A stretch of DNA of 64,000 nucleotides, from contig JBPCQC010000008.1 in NCBI GenBank assembly GCA_050998515.1, positions 7,601 through 71,600 on the forward strand, written 5' to 3'. Source of the stretch: Verrucomicrobiales bacterium. Lineage in GTDB: Bacteria; Verrucomicrobiota; Verrucomicrobiia; Verrucomicrobiales; V1-33. A program made the position numbers and the translations under genes. Positions 40,739 to 50,592 of the stretch are shown here, one piece after another; within the stretch, counting starts at the first letter, position 1; each line of letters begins with the position of its first letter. The notes beneath the pieces were generated by a model that had not been told where the DNA came from, made no database searches, and saw only the letters and a list, made by a program, of their open reading frames with translations.

Positions 40739-42697
40739 TTAGGGGCGCTCCATCATCCGCTTCGCCACGCGATAACCCATCGCATCGCTGCGCCGGGTGG
40801 TGTGCCGGAGGAGGTCGCGGGTTTTTTCGAAGGAGTGCTGACAAAAATAGCGAACGAGAAGATCGAGCGGGGAGCCATCGATTTTTGTCATGCCGGAATA
40901 ATTGTTTTGCGGTCGCGGCCGGGCGTAATGACCCAGCGGGCGGTTGTTTCTGGATTCGGACGCCTGCGGTGAGGCGTCGCCTTTGGATGCGTTCATCAAA
41001 TGAACGGCCCGGGAGACGGCCGCCGAGGCTGCCATCAATTCTGCGCCGGCCTCGACGAGACGGCCGAGGACGAGCTGCTCGCGGTCGAGTTTGGGTCCGA
41101 AGCGCGCCAGCGCGGCGAGCAGCGCGCGTCCGAGCATTCGGCTGAGGCGGGCGATCTCGCGGGCTTCGCTTTTGAAGGGCCCGGCGTCGACTTTGGGTCC
41201 GAACGGCCACAGAAGAGTTGCGACATGCGGTATGTAGAATCGAATCGCGCCGCCGAATGAACGCAGCCGCTGTCTGAGTGGGCGCCGCGAATCGAGCAAT
41301 GGGGCGCCAGCCTTTAGATGCGGATCGAGCGCTTCGCGTGCGATGAAGAGGCGCATGATTTCGCTCGAGCCTTCGAAAATTGTATTGATGCGGGCGTCGC
41401 GCAGGAAGCGCTCGACTGGTTCGGGCTGTTCTCCACGGGCCCGCAGACTGGCGGCGGTTTCGTAGCCGCGACCGCCGCGGATTTGCATGGTGTCGTTGAC
41501 GATTTCCCACGCTCGTTCTGAGGCCCACATTTTGGCTAGGGCGGCTTCAAGGCGCACGTCCTCTTTGCGGTCGGCCATGGCGGACACGTAAAGAACAAGG
41601 CTCTCGATGGCGAACGCCTGAGCGGACATTCGCGCCAACTTGTCTGCGATGGCGGCGTGGAAGCCGATCAAAGAACCCCATTGTTCGCGTTCGGAGGCCC
41701 AGCGGCGTGAGATTTCGAGACAGCGACTCGACAAACCGGCGCACGCCGCAGGCAAGGTGATGCGGCCGACATTCAACGTGCTCAGCGCGACCCGCAGCCC
41801 CTTGCCCTCGCCTAACAGAATGTTTTCCCGCGGCACCTTCACGTCACGAAACCGAATAACTCCATTATAAAGAGCGCGCAGGCCCATGAACCGGCAGCGA
41901 TGCACGACTTCGACGCCTGGCGCGTCCGCATCGACGATGAATGCGGTGATGGGGGCGCGCGCGCTTGCTTTGCTTCCCGCGGGAACCGCCGTCCGGGCCA
42001 TCACGACGAGGACGCCCGCGCGGGTGCCGTTCGTGCACCAGAGCTTTTCGCCGTTGAGGAGAAAAAAGCTTCGATCTTCGCTCGGTGTGGCGGTTGTTTT
42101 CAGGCGGGCCGGATCGCTGCCGGCGTCGGGTTCCGTGAGCGCAAAAGCGGAGATTTCTCCACCGGCACAACGCGGCAGAAATTTTTCCTTCTGAGCCTCG
42201 GTGCCAAACATCAAAAGCGGCTGTGGAACGCCGATTGATTGGTGCGCGGAAAGCAAAGCGGTGATGTTGCCACAAAATGCGCCGAGTTTCATCGCGGCGC
42301 GGCTGTAATTTATTTGCGAGAGACCCAGGCCGCCGAACCGCGCAGGAATTTTGATTCCAAAGGCGCCAATTTCAGCCAGCGCGCTTATGACTTTGGAGGG
42401 AATCTCGCCGTCGCGGTCGATCTGATCGGGATCGGCCTGTGCGAGCACCGCGTCAAGTCGAGCGATAAAGGCGTCACCCTGATCCTGATCCTCGATTGTC
42501 TGTGCGGGGAAGGGAAAAAGTTTGTCGAACGCAGGACGGCCCAGAAACAAAGTGCCGGCATAGTTTTCCCGCGCTTCTTCACGGGCGGCTTCGGCTGTTT
42601 CCAGCGCGGCCCTCTGGCCGGCCGACATCTTCGAGGTGTCAATGACCGACCCGGGGTCGCTCTGGGGCTCAGGTTGGGGAGGAGTGAGGGGTTTCAT
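40739..42697 (-). CDS. Acyl-CoA dehydrogenase (long/very-long-chain-like)
   Basis: FALTEPDAGSD, LNGEKLWCTNG, LNVGR, MQIRGGRGY, RDARINTIFEGSSEI; start MKPLTPP overlaps the upstream gene. Confidence 0.92.
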   Translation of the reverse strand: MKPLTPPQPEPQSDPGSVIDTSKMSAGQRAALETAEAAREEARENYAGTLFLGRPAFDKLFPFPAQTIEDQDQGDAFIARLDAVLAQADPDQIDRDGEIPSKVISALAEIGAFGIKIPARFGGLGLSQINYSRAAMKLGAFCGNITALLSAHQSIGVPQPLLMFGTEAQKEKFLPRCAGGEISAFALTEPDAGSDPARLKTTATPSEDRSFFLLNGEKLWCTNGTRAGVLVVMARTAVPAGSKASARAPITAFIVDADAPGVEVVHRCRFMGLRALYNGVIRFRDVKVPRENILLGEGKGLRVALSTLNVGRITLPAACAGLSSRCLEISRRWASEREQWGSLIGFHAAIADKLARMSAQAFAIESLVLYVSAMADRKEDVRLEAALAKMWASERAWEIVNDTMQIRGGRGYETAASLRARGEQPEPVERFLRDARINTIFEGSSEIMRLFIAREALDPHLKAGAPLLDSRRPLRQRLRSFGGAIRFYIPHVATLLWPFGPKVDAGPFKSEAREIARLSRMLGRALLAALARFGPKLDREQLVLGRLVEAGAELMAASAAVSRAVHLMNASKGDASPQASESRNNRPLGHYARPRPQNNYSGMTKIDGSPLDLLVRYFCQHSFEKTRDLLRHTTRRSDAMGYRVAKRMMERP

Positions 42698-44927
42698 GGG
42701 AGAGGTCTTTCGAGAAGAACGCCCCGTCGTTGGCAATTCGTGCCAGCAGTCCTTCGGCCGGGGCAAAGGCGGGGCCGCACAGGTTTTCGAGTTGTTGAAG
42801 CTGGCCGGCCACGAACTGCAAACCGGTGGCGTCAGCGTGACGCAACGGCCCGCCGCGAAACGGGGGATAACCAGTTCCAAGCACCATTGCCAGATCGATA
42901 TCTGATGCGCTCGATGCGATCTCTTCGTCCAGACAGCGTGCGGCTTCGTTCGTGAGCAGCAGGGAGAGTCGGGTTTGGAGAGCCTTCGGGTCTATGGCGC
43001 TGCGGTCGCCCAGCGCCGACTCTTCGGAATGCGGGACTGGAGACGACGCGGCCGCGCGCCGCCGCCCGAAGGCGGGCCGTCTCCAGAGTGTTGCGACTGG
43101 TCTTTCGCCGCCCCCTTTGTAGCTGTAGAACCCCAGTCCCGATTTTTTTCCGAGCCGGCCAGTCCCGAGCCAATCAGCAAGAAACGACGGAGCAGCGGCT
43201 TGCCGTGGAAAGGCGGCGCCTAGCGTTTTCGCGACATCAAGCGCGACGTCCAATCCCACTTCATCGAGCAGACGCAGCGGCCCCATGGGCATGCCAAAGT
43301 CCCGCATCGCATCGTCGATAACGCGCGGGTCGACGCCTCTGTCGACCATGCGCGCCGCCTCCATCAGGTAAGGCATCAGGATGCGGTTAACGAGAAATCC
43401 GGGGCTGTCTTTGACGACGATGGGAAGCTTGCCCATGTCCTGAACGAATTTCACGGCGGTTGCGGCTGCATCGTCGGAGACGCCTTCTGGCCGCACGACT
43501 TCGACGAGCGGCATCGCGTGGACGGGGTTAAAGAAATGCAGCCCGATAATCCGCGGTTCGGCGTGCAAACTGCCGACCGGGATCGCCGAAGTATTGGTTG
43601 CCAGCAATGCATCTGGACGGGCACGGGCGACGATGTGTACAAAAAGGCGGCCTTTAAGTGTCGCGTCCTCGGTGGCTGCCTCGATGACGAGATCGGCGTT
43701 GCGGAGGGGAACCTCGTTGAGTGCGAGAGTAACTCGATCCAGCCCGAGACGGGCCTGGGCGTCGGTGAGCAACCCGCGTCTGCGGGCTTGAGCATAAGAT
43801 TGGCGCAGCCGCTGCCTTGCGGCCGCCAGCGCTTCGTGCTTCACATCGAGCAGGAGGACCGGCCAGCCGCGAGTGCTGAGCCAGTAGGCGATGCCTGATC
43901 CCATGATGCCCGCTCCGATCACCGCCACCCGCTTGATCCTGGCGGGCGAGCCCGGCGGCTTGAGCTTTTTCGCGCGTTCGCGGTCAAAGAACAAGCGAAC
44001 CAAATTTTGCGTCTCGGTGCGGCGGACGAGTTTATTAAACTCACGACGCTCTTGCGTGAGTGACTGCGAAGTCGAGCGCCACGGGGATCCGCAGATGAGG
44101 TTCAGTGCTTTGAAGAGGGCGGGGTAGTTGCCGCGGGTTTGGCGCATGAGCCGACGCCGGGCGATCAACCAAACAACGGGCGATGTGACGGCCGTCCAGC
44201 CGCGGCTGGTTTTCGAAACGCGGCCACTTCGAACCAGCGCCTTGGCGCGTTTCACCAGGCATTCACGCGGCATAACCTCATCGACCAGGCCGCGCTTCCT
44301 GGCCTCAGTTGCGGAAAACTGGGTACCCGTGAGGATGACATCCGCCGCCTTCGAGACGCCGATGAGTCGCGGAAGCCTGGTGCAGCCTCCCCAGGCGGGC
44401 AGGAGACCAAGTTGTGTTTCCGGGAGCCCGATTTTTGTGGTCGAGTCGTCCGAGGCCAGACGCCGATCGCAGCAGAGCACAAATTCAAAACCGCCCCCGA
44501 GACAGGCGCCATGGATGACGGCGATTTTCGGCAGGCGCAGCCTCTCGAGTTTCGTGAAGATGCCCTGGCCTCGTTCGATCATCTCGTCAATCTCGAGCGT
44601 CGTGGCGCTCGACAGCGATTTCAGATCGGCGCCCGCGATAAAAATCCTCGGGTGGGCGCTGGAGACGATCAAGCCGGCTACGTGGCGTGATTGCTCGAGC
44701 CAGTTCAGATGCTCTTCGAGTTCGAGCAGGGCATCAATATTGAAAACGTTGGCGGCGCCCCCGGGCGCGTCGAAAATGAGATGGCATACGCCGTCATCAT
44801 CGAGCTCGCGGTGAATGAAGTGAGAGGGGCGGGAAAATTGCGGGCTGGAAGCGTGCGCTGCCGGCGCCCCACCTGGCGGGGTGGCGGCAATGCGTGGAAG
44901 CGAGTCGCGGGAAATAGCAGTGCTCAT
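42669..44927 (-). CDS. fadJ: Fatty-acid oxidation complex alpha subunit (enoyl-CoA hydratase/3-hydroxyacyl-CoA dehydrogenase, FadJ/FadB-like)
   Basis: FIAGADL, GACLGGGFE, GLPETQLGL, VIGAGIMGSGIA, TNTS, HFFNP, GFLVNRIL, GMPMGP. Confidence 0.88.
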   Translation of the reverse strand: MSTAISRDSLPRIAATPPGGAPAAHASSPQFSRPSHFIHRELDDDGVCHLIFDAPGGAANVFNIDALLELEEHLNWLEQSRHVAGLIVSSAHPRIFIAGADLKSLSSATTLEIDEMIERGQGIFTKLERLRLPKIAVIHGACLGGGFEFVLCCDRRLASDDSTTKIGLPETQLGLLPAWGGCTRLPRLIGVSKAADVILTGTQFSATEARKRGLVDEVMPRECLVKRAKALVRSGRVSKTSRGWTAVTSPVVWLIARRRLMRQTRGNYPALFKALNLICGSPWRSTSQSLTQERREFNKLVRRTETQNLVRLFFDRERAKKLKPPGSPARIKRVAVIGAGIMGSGIAYWLSTRGWPVLLLDVKHEALAAARQRLRQSYAQARRRGLLTDAQARLGLDRVTLALNEVPLRNADLVIEAATEDATLKGRLFVHIVARARPDALLATNTSAIPVGSLHAEPRIIGLHFFNPVHAMPLVEVVRPEGVSDDAAATAVKFVQDMGKLPIVVKDSPGFLVNRILMPYLMEAARMVDRGVDPRVIDDAMRDFGMPMGPLRLLDEVGLDVALDVAKTLGAAFPRQAAAPSFLADWLGTGRLGKKSGLGFYSYKGGGERPVATLWRRPAFGRRRAAASSPVPHSEESALGDRSAIDPKALQTRLSLLLTNEAARCLDEEIASSASDIDLAMVLGTGYPPFRGGPLRHADATGLQFVAGQLQQLENLCGPAFAPAEGLLARIANDGAFFSKDLSHETPHSSPT

Positions 44928-46147
44928 GATGAAATCCTTTCCAGCCAGACCGCGCCGCCCTGACCGCCGCCGACGCAGAGAGTTGCAAGGCCGGTGTTTG
45001 CCTTGCGTCGTTTTAGTTCTTTCAGGCAGGTCAAAATGAGACGGGCGCCGGAAGCCCCGACAGGATGGCCGAGAGCAATGGCGCCGCCATTCGGGTTGAG
45101 TTTTTCCTCTGCAACGCCACCGAGTTCTTGCAGCACGGCCAGCGATTGCGCGGCAAAGGCTTCGTTCAGTTCGACGACATCGGCATCACCGACGGGCCGG
45201 CCGGCTTTCTCGATGGCGTTCACTGGACCGAGGCCCATCCGCCGGGGATCGCAGCCGGCATACGCGTAGCGTTCGATGCGGCCGAGCGGCTCGAGGCCGA
45301 GAGCCTGGGCGCGCGACGCGCTCATGACGAGCAGAGCCACTGCGCCATCAGTGATTTGGGAGGAATTGCCTGCGGTCACTGTTCCGCAGCCGTGATTGAG
45401 GAAAGCCGGGGCCAATTTTGCCAGTTTCTCGAGCGTTGAATCAGGACGCACACCGTTGTCCGCTGTGACGGCGGTGCCATCATCGAGATGTACGGGTGCG
45501 ATTTCCTGCGCGAGACTCTCCTTTCCAAGCTCGGCGCGCTGATGGGAACGGAGCGCGAAGCGATCCTGATCTTGACGCGAGATGTGGTGCTCGCGCGCCA
45601 GCAATTCTGCGGTTTCGCCCATATTCATACCCGCGACCGGGTCCACCAGCGCGAGTCGAAGAGCGGGCACCGGTTTGAAATCAGCGGGGCGGAATTTCAA
45701 CGAGGCGCCAAGCCGCGCGGCCAAGCCTCTCCCTCTAGCCAGTCGCGCAAACTTGGCACCAGTCCCTTTCGGGAAAAGCAACGGCAGGTGGCTCATGCTC
45801 TCGGTGCCGCCCACGATGAAAACTTCACCGTGCCCGGCGGCAAGTTTCTCGACGGCTGAGGTCACCGCTTCCATGCCCGAGGCGCAGTTTCTATGAACGC
45901 TAACCGCGGGAATGCGTTCCGGCAGACCGGACCGCAGGGCGATGACCCGCGCCACATTTGCTGAATCAGCCGGCTGGCCGACGCACCCAAAAATGACTTC
46001 GTCAACGATTTCGGGATCGATTCCCGTCCGCGCCAGCAGTGCCGTCACGGCGATACGGCCAAGATCAGCCGCGCCCAGGCCCGCCAGTGTCGTGCCAGCT
46101 TTGCAGAAGGGCGTTCGCACGCCGTCGATGACAACCAATGCATTCAT
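44924..46147 (-). CDS. Acetyl-CoA C-acyltransferase (thiolase, FadA/FadI-like)
   Basis: [38 protein letters not shown]. Confidence 0.93.
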   Translation of the reverse strand: MNALVVIDGVRTPFCKAGTTLAGLGAADLGRIAVTALLARTGIDPEIVDEVIFGCVGQPADSANVARVIALRSGLPERIPAVSVHRNCASGMEAVTSAVEKLAAGHGEVFIVGGTESMSHLPLLFPKGTGAKFARLARGRGLAARLGASLKFRPADFKPVPALRLALVDPVAGMNMGETAELLAREHHISRQDQDRFALRSHQRAELGKESLAQEIAPVHLDDGTAVTADNGVRPDSTLEKLAKLAPAFLNHGCGTVTAGNSSQITDGAVALLVMSASRAQALGLEPLGRIERYAYAGCDPRRMGLGPVNAIEKAGRPVGDADVVELNEAFAAQSLAVLQELGGVAEEKLNPNGGAIALGHPVGASGARLILTCLKELKRRKANTGLATLCVGGGQGGAVWLERISS

Positions 46148-47703
46148 ATCAGCAGGGCCGGTGAGGCTTCATCGGCAAAAAATTTTTCTGCTTGTTTTGT
46201 TTTGCCCGCCATAGCGGAACTCTCCGGTCTCCGCGGCACTGCCTCTGGCACTGGACGGTGATCGACGATCTTCTCTTCTTTTAACGCTCGACCGACACCC
46301 TGCCGGTCACTGAGTTCTTCGCGCGAATGCCACTCGAACCGGTTTGGCCGCAATTCGGTCACTTCCAAAAATCGGCGGGCAACCGTCTGTTCAAGATCGT
46401 GATGCCGGCCGCTGCGCTCAGTCGCGGCATGGATGACGATCTCATCGCTCTCGAACGGGTCATCATTATGCTTGCGCAGTTCGATCTGCCAGGCGCCGAT
46501 GCCCTCGACGTCATCAAGGGCATGTTCGAGCGCATTGAAATCGACCAGGGTCCCTTTGAGCTTGGCGACATCGACGCGACGAAATTCGCTGACGCGGGAA
46601 ATGTTTCCCACCAGCCGCGGACAGCGCCGGCCGCAATATTGACACGCATCCCAAGTCAGGCCGCCATCCACACGATCGCCCGTTCGATAGCGGATCACAA
46701 CCGTGCCCCGGCTGTCGAGGCTCGTGAAAACGATTTCACCCGGTTGCCCCGGAGCCACAGGCTTTCCAGAGTCGGGATCGATGACCTCGATGATGCCAAG
46801 GTCCGGATAGAGGTGGTATCCGCTCGGTTCATCGCCGGGCGGGGTGGGGCACTCGATCCACGCCATCTTGGCTTCCGTAAAAGCATAGGTGGCCACCACA
46901 TCGACTCGTCCGGCGCCGAGTTCGGCGCAGAGTGCCCGCAGTTTGCGCCGCATGCCGTTGGGAACTTTTTCACCGCCGAGGACGAGTTTCTGCAAGTGCG
47001 GCCAATGGTGTCCTTCGCTCACGGCCTGGCTGAGCAGGTGATAAAGAAACGTGGGCACGGCGATGAGCACCTCGGGTTTGACTTTGTCGATGAGCGAAAT
47101 GTTTCCTGCGGTGCCGAGGGTTTTGCCGCCGCCGGTTCCGACCATGAATGCGCCGAAGCCGAGGCTTGCATAATGCGCCTGCCAGAACGCGAGGTGCGGC
47201 GCAAACGGAAAGAGATTCGCATGCCGCCAATCCACCTGGGTCCCCCCGACCTCCATGATCCGGCGGCCAGCAATGGTGAGATTGTCGAGATCGTGGGCGG
47301 TGTAGAGAAATGGCAGCGGCTGGCTCGAACGTCCTGTCGTGCTCGTCATGAGAAGAGGCCGGAATTCACGTTCGAAATCGGCGGCCACCCGGCGTTTCCC
47401 GTGCACCAAAGCGCGCCAGATTGTCGAGGGCTGTTTGCGCAAATCCGATGGTCGCGGAATCAGCACGAAATCGCGCGGGTTGGGGAGCAGGTCCGATTTT
47501 TCCGTGAACGGAAGCAAGGACAAGTCGTGCCATGACCTGATATCGTGTGGAGTGATTCCCGTCTCGGCGAAATTGCGCCGATAGAAGTCGGAAAATGGCA
47601 TGACGCGGTGTTTCAGGAAATGCCGCAGTTTTCTCAACTGCCGGGCTTGGATTTCCTCGCGATCATGCGTTTGACACCAGAGTTCTTTGGTTTGGGATTT
47701 CAT
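46144..47703 (-). CDS. PaaK-like AMP-forming acyl-CoA ligase
   Basis: LPFTEKSDL, variant P-loop MTSTTGRS, YAFTE, RYRTGD; start MKSQTK. Confidence 0.8.
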   Translation of the reverse strand: MKSQTKELWCQTHDREEIQARQLRKLRHFLKHRVMPFSDFYRRNFAETGITPHDIRSWHDLSLLPFTEKSDLLPNPRDFVLIPRPSDLRKQPSTIWRALVHGKRRVAADFEREFRPLLMTSTTGRSSQPLPFLYTAHDLDNLTIAGRRIMEVGGTQVDWRHANLFPFAPHLAFWQAHYASLGFGAFMVGTGGGKTLGTAGNISLIDKVKPEVLIAVPTFLYHLLSQAVSEGHHWPHLQKLVLGGEKVPNGMRRKLRALCAELGAGRVDVVATYAFTEAKMAWIECPTPPGDEPSGYHLYPDLGIIEVIDPDSGKPVAPGQPGEIVFTSLDSRGTVVIRYRTGDRVDGGLTWDACQYCGRRCPRLVGNISRVSEFRRVDVAKLKGTLVDFNALEHALDDVEGIGAWQIELRKHNDDPFESDEIVIHAATERSGRHHDLEQTVARRFLEVTELRPNRFEWHSREELSDRQGVGRALKEEKIVDHRPVPEAVPRRPESSAMAGKTKQAEKFFADEASPALLI

Positions 47704-48685
47704 TGGAACCTCCTTTAGAGAGTGTTCGGTCCGCCAGGGCCAGGAGCGCAGGGAGTTGGGCCAAAGCCGCCTTTCTGCCCATCTCGATATAGTGCAAATA
47801 GTTGTGATAATCGTGCCAGCGGGTGGAAACGATCTGCGGGCGCAGGAGAACATCGGCTCGATGTCTGGAATGGTGCGCGAGCCGAATTTGGGCGCTGAGC
47901 ACGGATCGCCGGAGCGTATCAACGACATTTCCATCGGCGAAGACGTTGAAGGAACGATTGAGCCGCTTGAGACGCGACCGGAATGGCCGCACCGGCGGTG
48001 TTTCGGGATCCGGGGCCGCACCACGAGCAATGTCCTCGAATGTGGGAATGACACTGACCCCGATGATGCGATCACAGTTCAAATCTGCCAGAACGCCGAC
48101 CGGCACTGGATCGACGATGCCGCCATCGACGTACCGGCATCCTTCCACCTCGACCGGCACACAGACTCCCGGCACCGCGGAACTGGCATGAACGGCCGTG
48201 GCTACATCACCACTGCTGAAGACGCGCCGCTCGTAGGTGTCCAGGTTGGCTGCGACGACGTGGAGTTCGCGGAGCAGATCGGCAAAACTGGCGCCCTTCA
48301 AAGCTGCCGCGAGCCGCTCTTTGATCATCCGGCCATGGAACAATCCCCGTACCGGAGGCAGCGCCAGATCAAGCCGACCCCACAGGTCGCGCGGCGAGCG
48401 AATTTCCGCAGCGAATTCCTGCAACTCCCGGCCGGAATAGCCAGCGGCCCACAGCGCTCCGACATAGGCGCCCATGCTGGCTCCGGCAATGACATCAATA
48501 GCGATGCCATTTTCCTCGAGCACTTGAATCACCCCCACATGAGCCAGGCCACGCGCTCCACCGGACGACAACGCCAATCCGACTCTGGGTCGCAGCCGAT
48601 CTCCCCCAGGCGTCCAACCCACGTTTTCCGATGCGGTGACCTCGGCACTCCGCGCCTTGATAACTTCTTTGGAAGGAACGTTCAT
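47663..48685 (-). CDS. Patatin-like phospholipase/esterase
   Basis: ALSSGGARGLAHVG, GASMG, DGG. Confidence 0.93.
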   Translation of the reverse strand: MNVPSKEVIKARSAEVTASENVGWTPGGDRLRPRVGLALSSGGARGLAHVGVIQVLEENGIAIDVIAGASMGAYVGALWAAGYSGRELQEFAAEIRSPRDLWGRLDLALPPVRGLFHGRMIKERLAAALKGASFADLLRELHVVAANLDTYERRVFSSGDVATAVHASSAVPGVCVPVEVEGCRYVDGGIVDPVPVGVLADLNCDRIIGVSVIPTFEDIARGAAPDPETPPVRPFRSRLKRLNRSFNVFADGNVVDTLRRSVLSAQIRLAHHSRHRADVLLRPQIVSTRWHDYHNYLHYIEMGRKAALAQLPALLALADRTLSKGGSNEIPNQRTLVSNA

Positions 48686-48883
48686 GGCTGCTTCTGGCGC
48701 CTGCGGCGAGAAGCGGCCGGTCAGAGGAGGGAGAATCTGTTTTCTGGCTCCTTGTGCCGGTCGCGGCTCTCCGCGGCGGCCGTTGGTTGTCAGAAAAGTT
48801 TGGCAGTGGAAACCGCGTTGTTTTTCTACTCAGTATAGCGTTCGGACACCGCTGCTTTGTGTGGGAAATTTAGTCCCGGAGGG

Positions 48884-50101
48884 CTACTTCCTTTTTGCCG
48901 ACCACTCGCCTGAGAAGCGGTCTTCGTAACCTTCTGCGACGACTTTGCCCGCCAGGGCGCCATTATCGAGCTTGCCGGTGTAGACGATGGTGACGTCGGT
49001 CCCATCGAAGTTCCGCTTAATCCGCATTTTGAATTTGTTGTCATCGAGCGATGCTGAGTCGACTGGATGATCACCGCTACGCGGGCTGACTAACGTGCCC
49101 TTCACGCCAGCGCCATCGGGCTGAAATTTAAGGGTGTAGTCGCGGGTTTCGTCTCCCATTTTGAATTCGAGCGTCCACTCACCGACAAGGGGGTTGTTGG
49201 GATCAGGCGCGGCAGCAGGTTTGGCTGTGCGTCCGGCCGCCAGGTATTTCTCAAACCAGGCAACCGTCGCTGCCACCGTCCGCTCGCGGTCGGCGCCGGC
49301 GAATCCATGCCCGGCCTCGGGAAAAAAGATGAGATCTGTTTCGACTCCGTGTTTTTGCAAAGCGGCGAGCATCTCCCGGCTGTGCTTTTCCGGCACCAGC
49401 GTATCCTTGCCGCCGTGGAGGAGAAGCGTCGGCGCATCCTCGGGCGTCACGTGTTCGATCGGCGAAACGCTTTTCCAATCGGCCGCGTCGAACTGCAGGG
49501 CCGGGAAATTGCGGCGGTAGTCTTCGGACTCGAGAAACGTCTTCAGTTCACTGGGCGGGAAAATCGCCACCACGGCAGCAACGCGGTTGCTCGTCTTTTC
49601 CTCTTCGGATTTCCCATTGGCCTTCCCCTCATCGGCGGTGGTGCCGAGCATGAGCGACAGATGCCCGCCAGCGCTGGCTCCAAACACGCCCAAGCGGGCG
49701 GGATTCACCGCCCAATCCGCGGCGCGATGGCGCACGAATCGCACCGCACGCCGGACATCATCGACGCACTCCGGCACTTTGAAGCGGGGACTGCTCCCAT
49801 GCCGCACGAGGAACAGAGTGAATCCCTTTTCGAGCATTTGAGTAAACCCGAGGCCCCTGGCAAAGTCGCTGGTGAGCGCGCTTTCGGGCGGCATCCATCC
49901 AGAAACCCATCCGCCACTGACCATGAAAAGAACTCCAGCGCCATTCGCGCCGGTCTTCGGTTTGATCACATCCATGGTCAATGCCATTCCCAGCTTGTGT
50001 CCGTAGACGACGTCAGGTTTGATCTCATACTGGCTGATGTCAGCATGGATGGGCGTGGAAGCCAACAGGATGGCGGCGAAAGCGACGAAACGGAATATCA
50101 T
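48884..50101 (-). CDS. Secreted alpha/beta hydrolase (esterase) with a C-terminal beta domain
   Basis: Signal peptide, SGGW oxyanion region, GASAGG, HGGKD, GHGF. Confidence 0.88.
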   Translation of the reverse strand: MIFRFVAFAAILLASTPIHADISQYEIKPDVVYGHKLGMALTMDVIKPKTGANGAGVLFMVSGGWVSGWMPPESALTSDFARGLGFTQMLEKGFTLFLVRHGSSPRFKVPECVDDVRRAVRFVRHRAADWAVNPARLGVFGASAGGHLSLMLGTTADEGKANGKSEEEKTSNRVAAVVAIFPPSELKTFLESEDYRRNFPALQFDAADWKSVSPIEHVTPEDAPTLLLHGGKDTLVPEKHSREMLAALQKHGVETDLIFFPEAGHGFAGADRERTVAATVAWFEKYLAAGRTAKPAAAPDPNNPLVGEWTLEFKMGDETRDYTLKFQPDGAGVKGTLVSPRSGDHPVDSASLDDNKFKMRIKRNFDGTDVTIVYTGKLDNGALAGKVVAEGYEDRFSGEWSAKRK

Positions 50102-50341
50102 GGCGGAAATAATTCGGTGCGCATCTTCATCGGGGCCGCTGGTTTTGTAAAACTGTTAGCAAGGCAACCGAGGTGGCCCATTTCCGAAGGTCGCGTGCCC
50201 GACACATCGGATGGCTAAGGGATTTCCCAGCCTTGATGGGGCGGCTTTTTGTTCGTGCGACATTGGCGCCGCTTCTCAGCCCAGCGTTACTGCGAAGGAT
50301 TAATCGAACGCAAGCGGTACGTCGGTAGTTGACGCCCGCCC

Positions 50342-50467
50342 GTGACGCAGACAAGTTGCCCGGCATCTTGCCTGTGCGTACGCCGGCCATCCTGGCCGGC
50401 CGCCCTCAGGCGGCATTGCTCTCAGGCAAGATGCCCGAGGTACGCGCAGGCGGGACGCCTGCGTCAC
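50342..50467. repeat. REP-like palindromic cluster
   Basis: Outer arms GTGACGCAG ... CTGCGTCAC; inner GGCATCTTGCCTG / CAGGCAAGATGCC and CAGGCGGGACGCCTG. Confidence 0.7.
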
Positions 50468-50592
50468 TTTAAATCCGACCAATGTGTAAGTCCGAGAGTC
50501 TGAGCTCATCGATGGGTATCAGCGGCGGGCCGCCCACTGAATCCAGGCACCAGCGGCGCCTGGGACACATCGGCCAGCGACCGATGCCACTA

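Noticed and set aside
46327-48838. Two ~400-aa plus-strand ORFs
   Set aside because: Antisense shadows of the ligase and patatin genes; no motifs.
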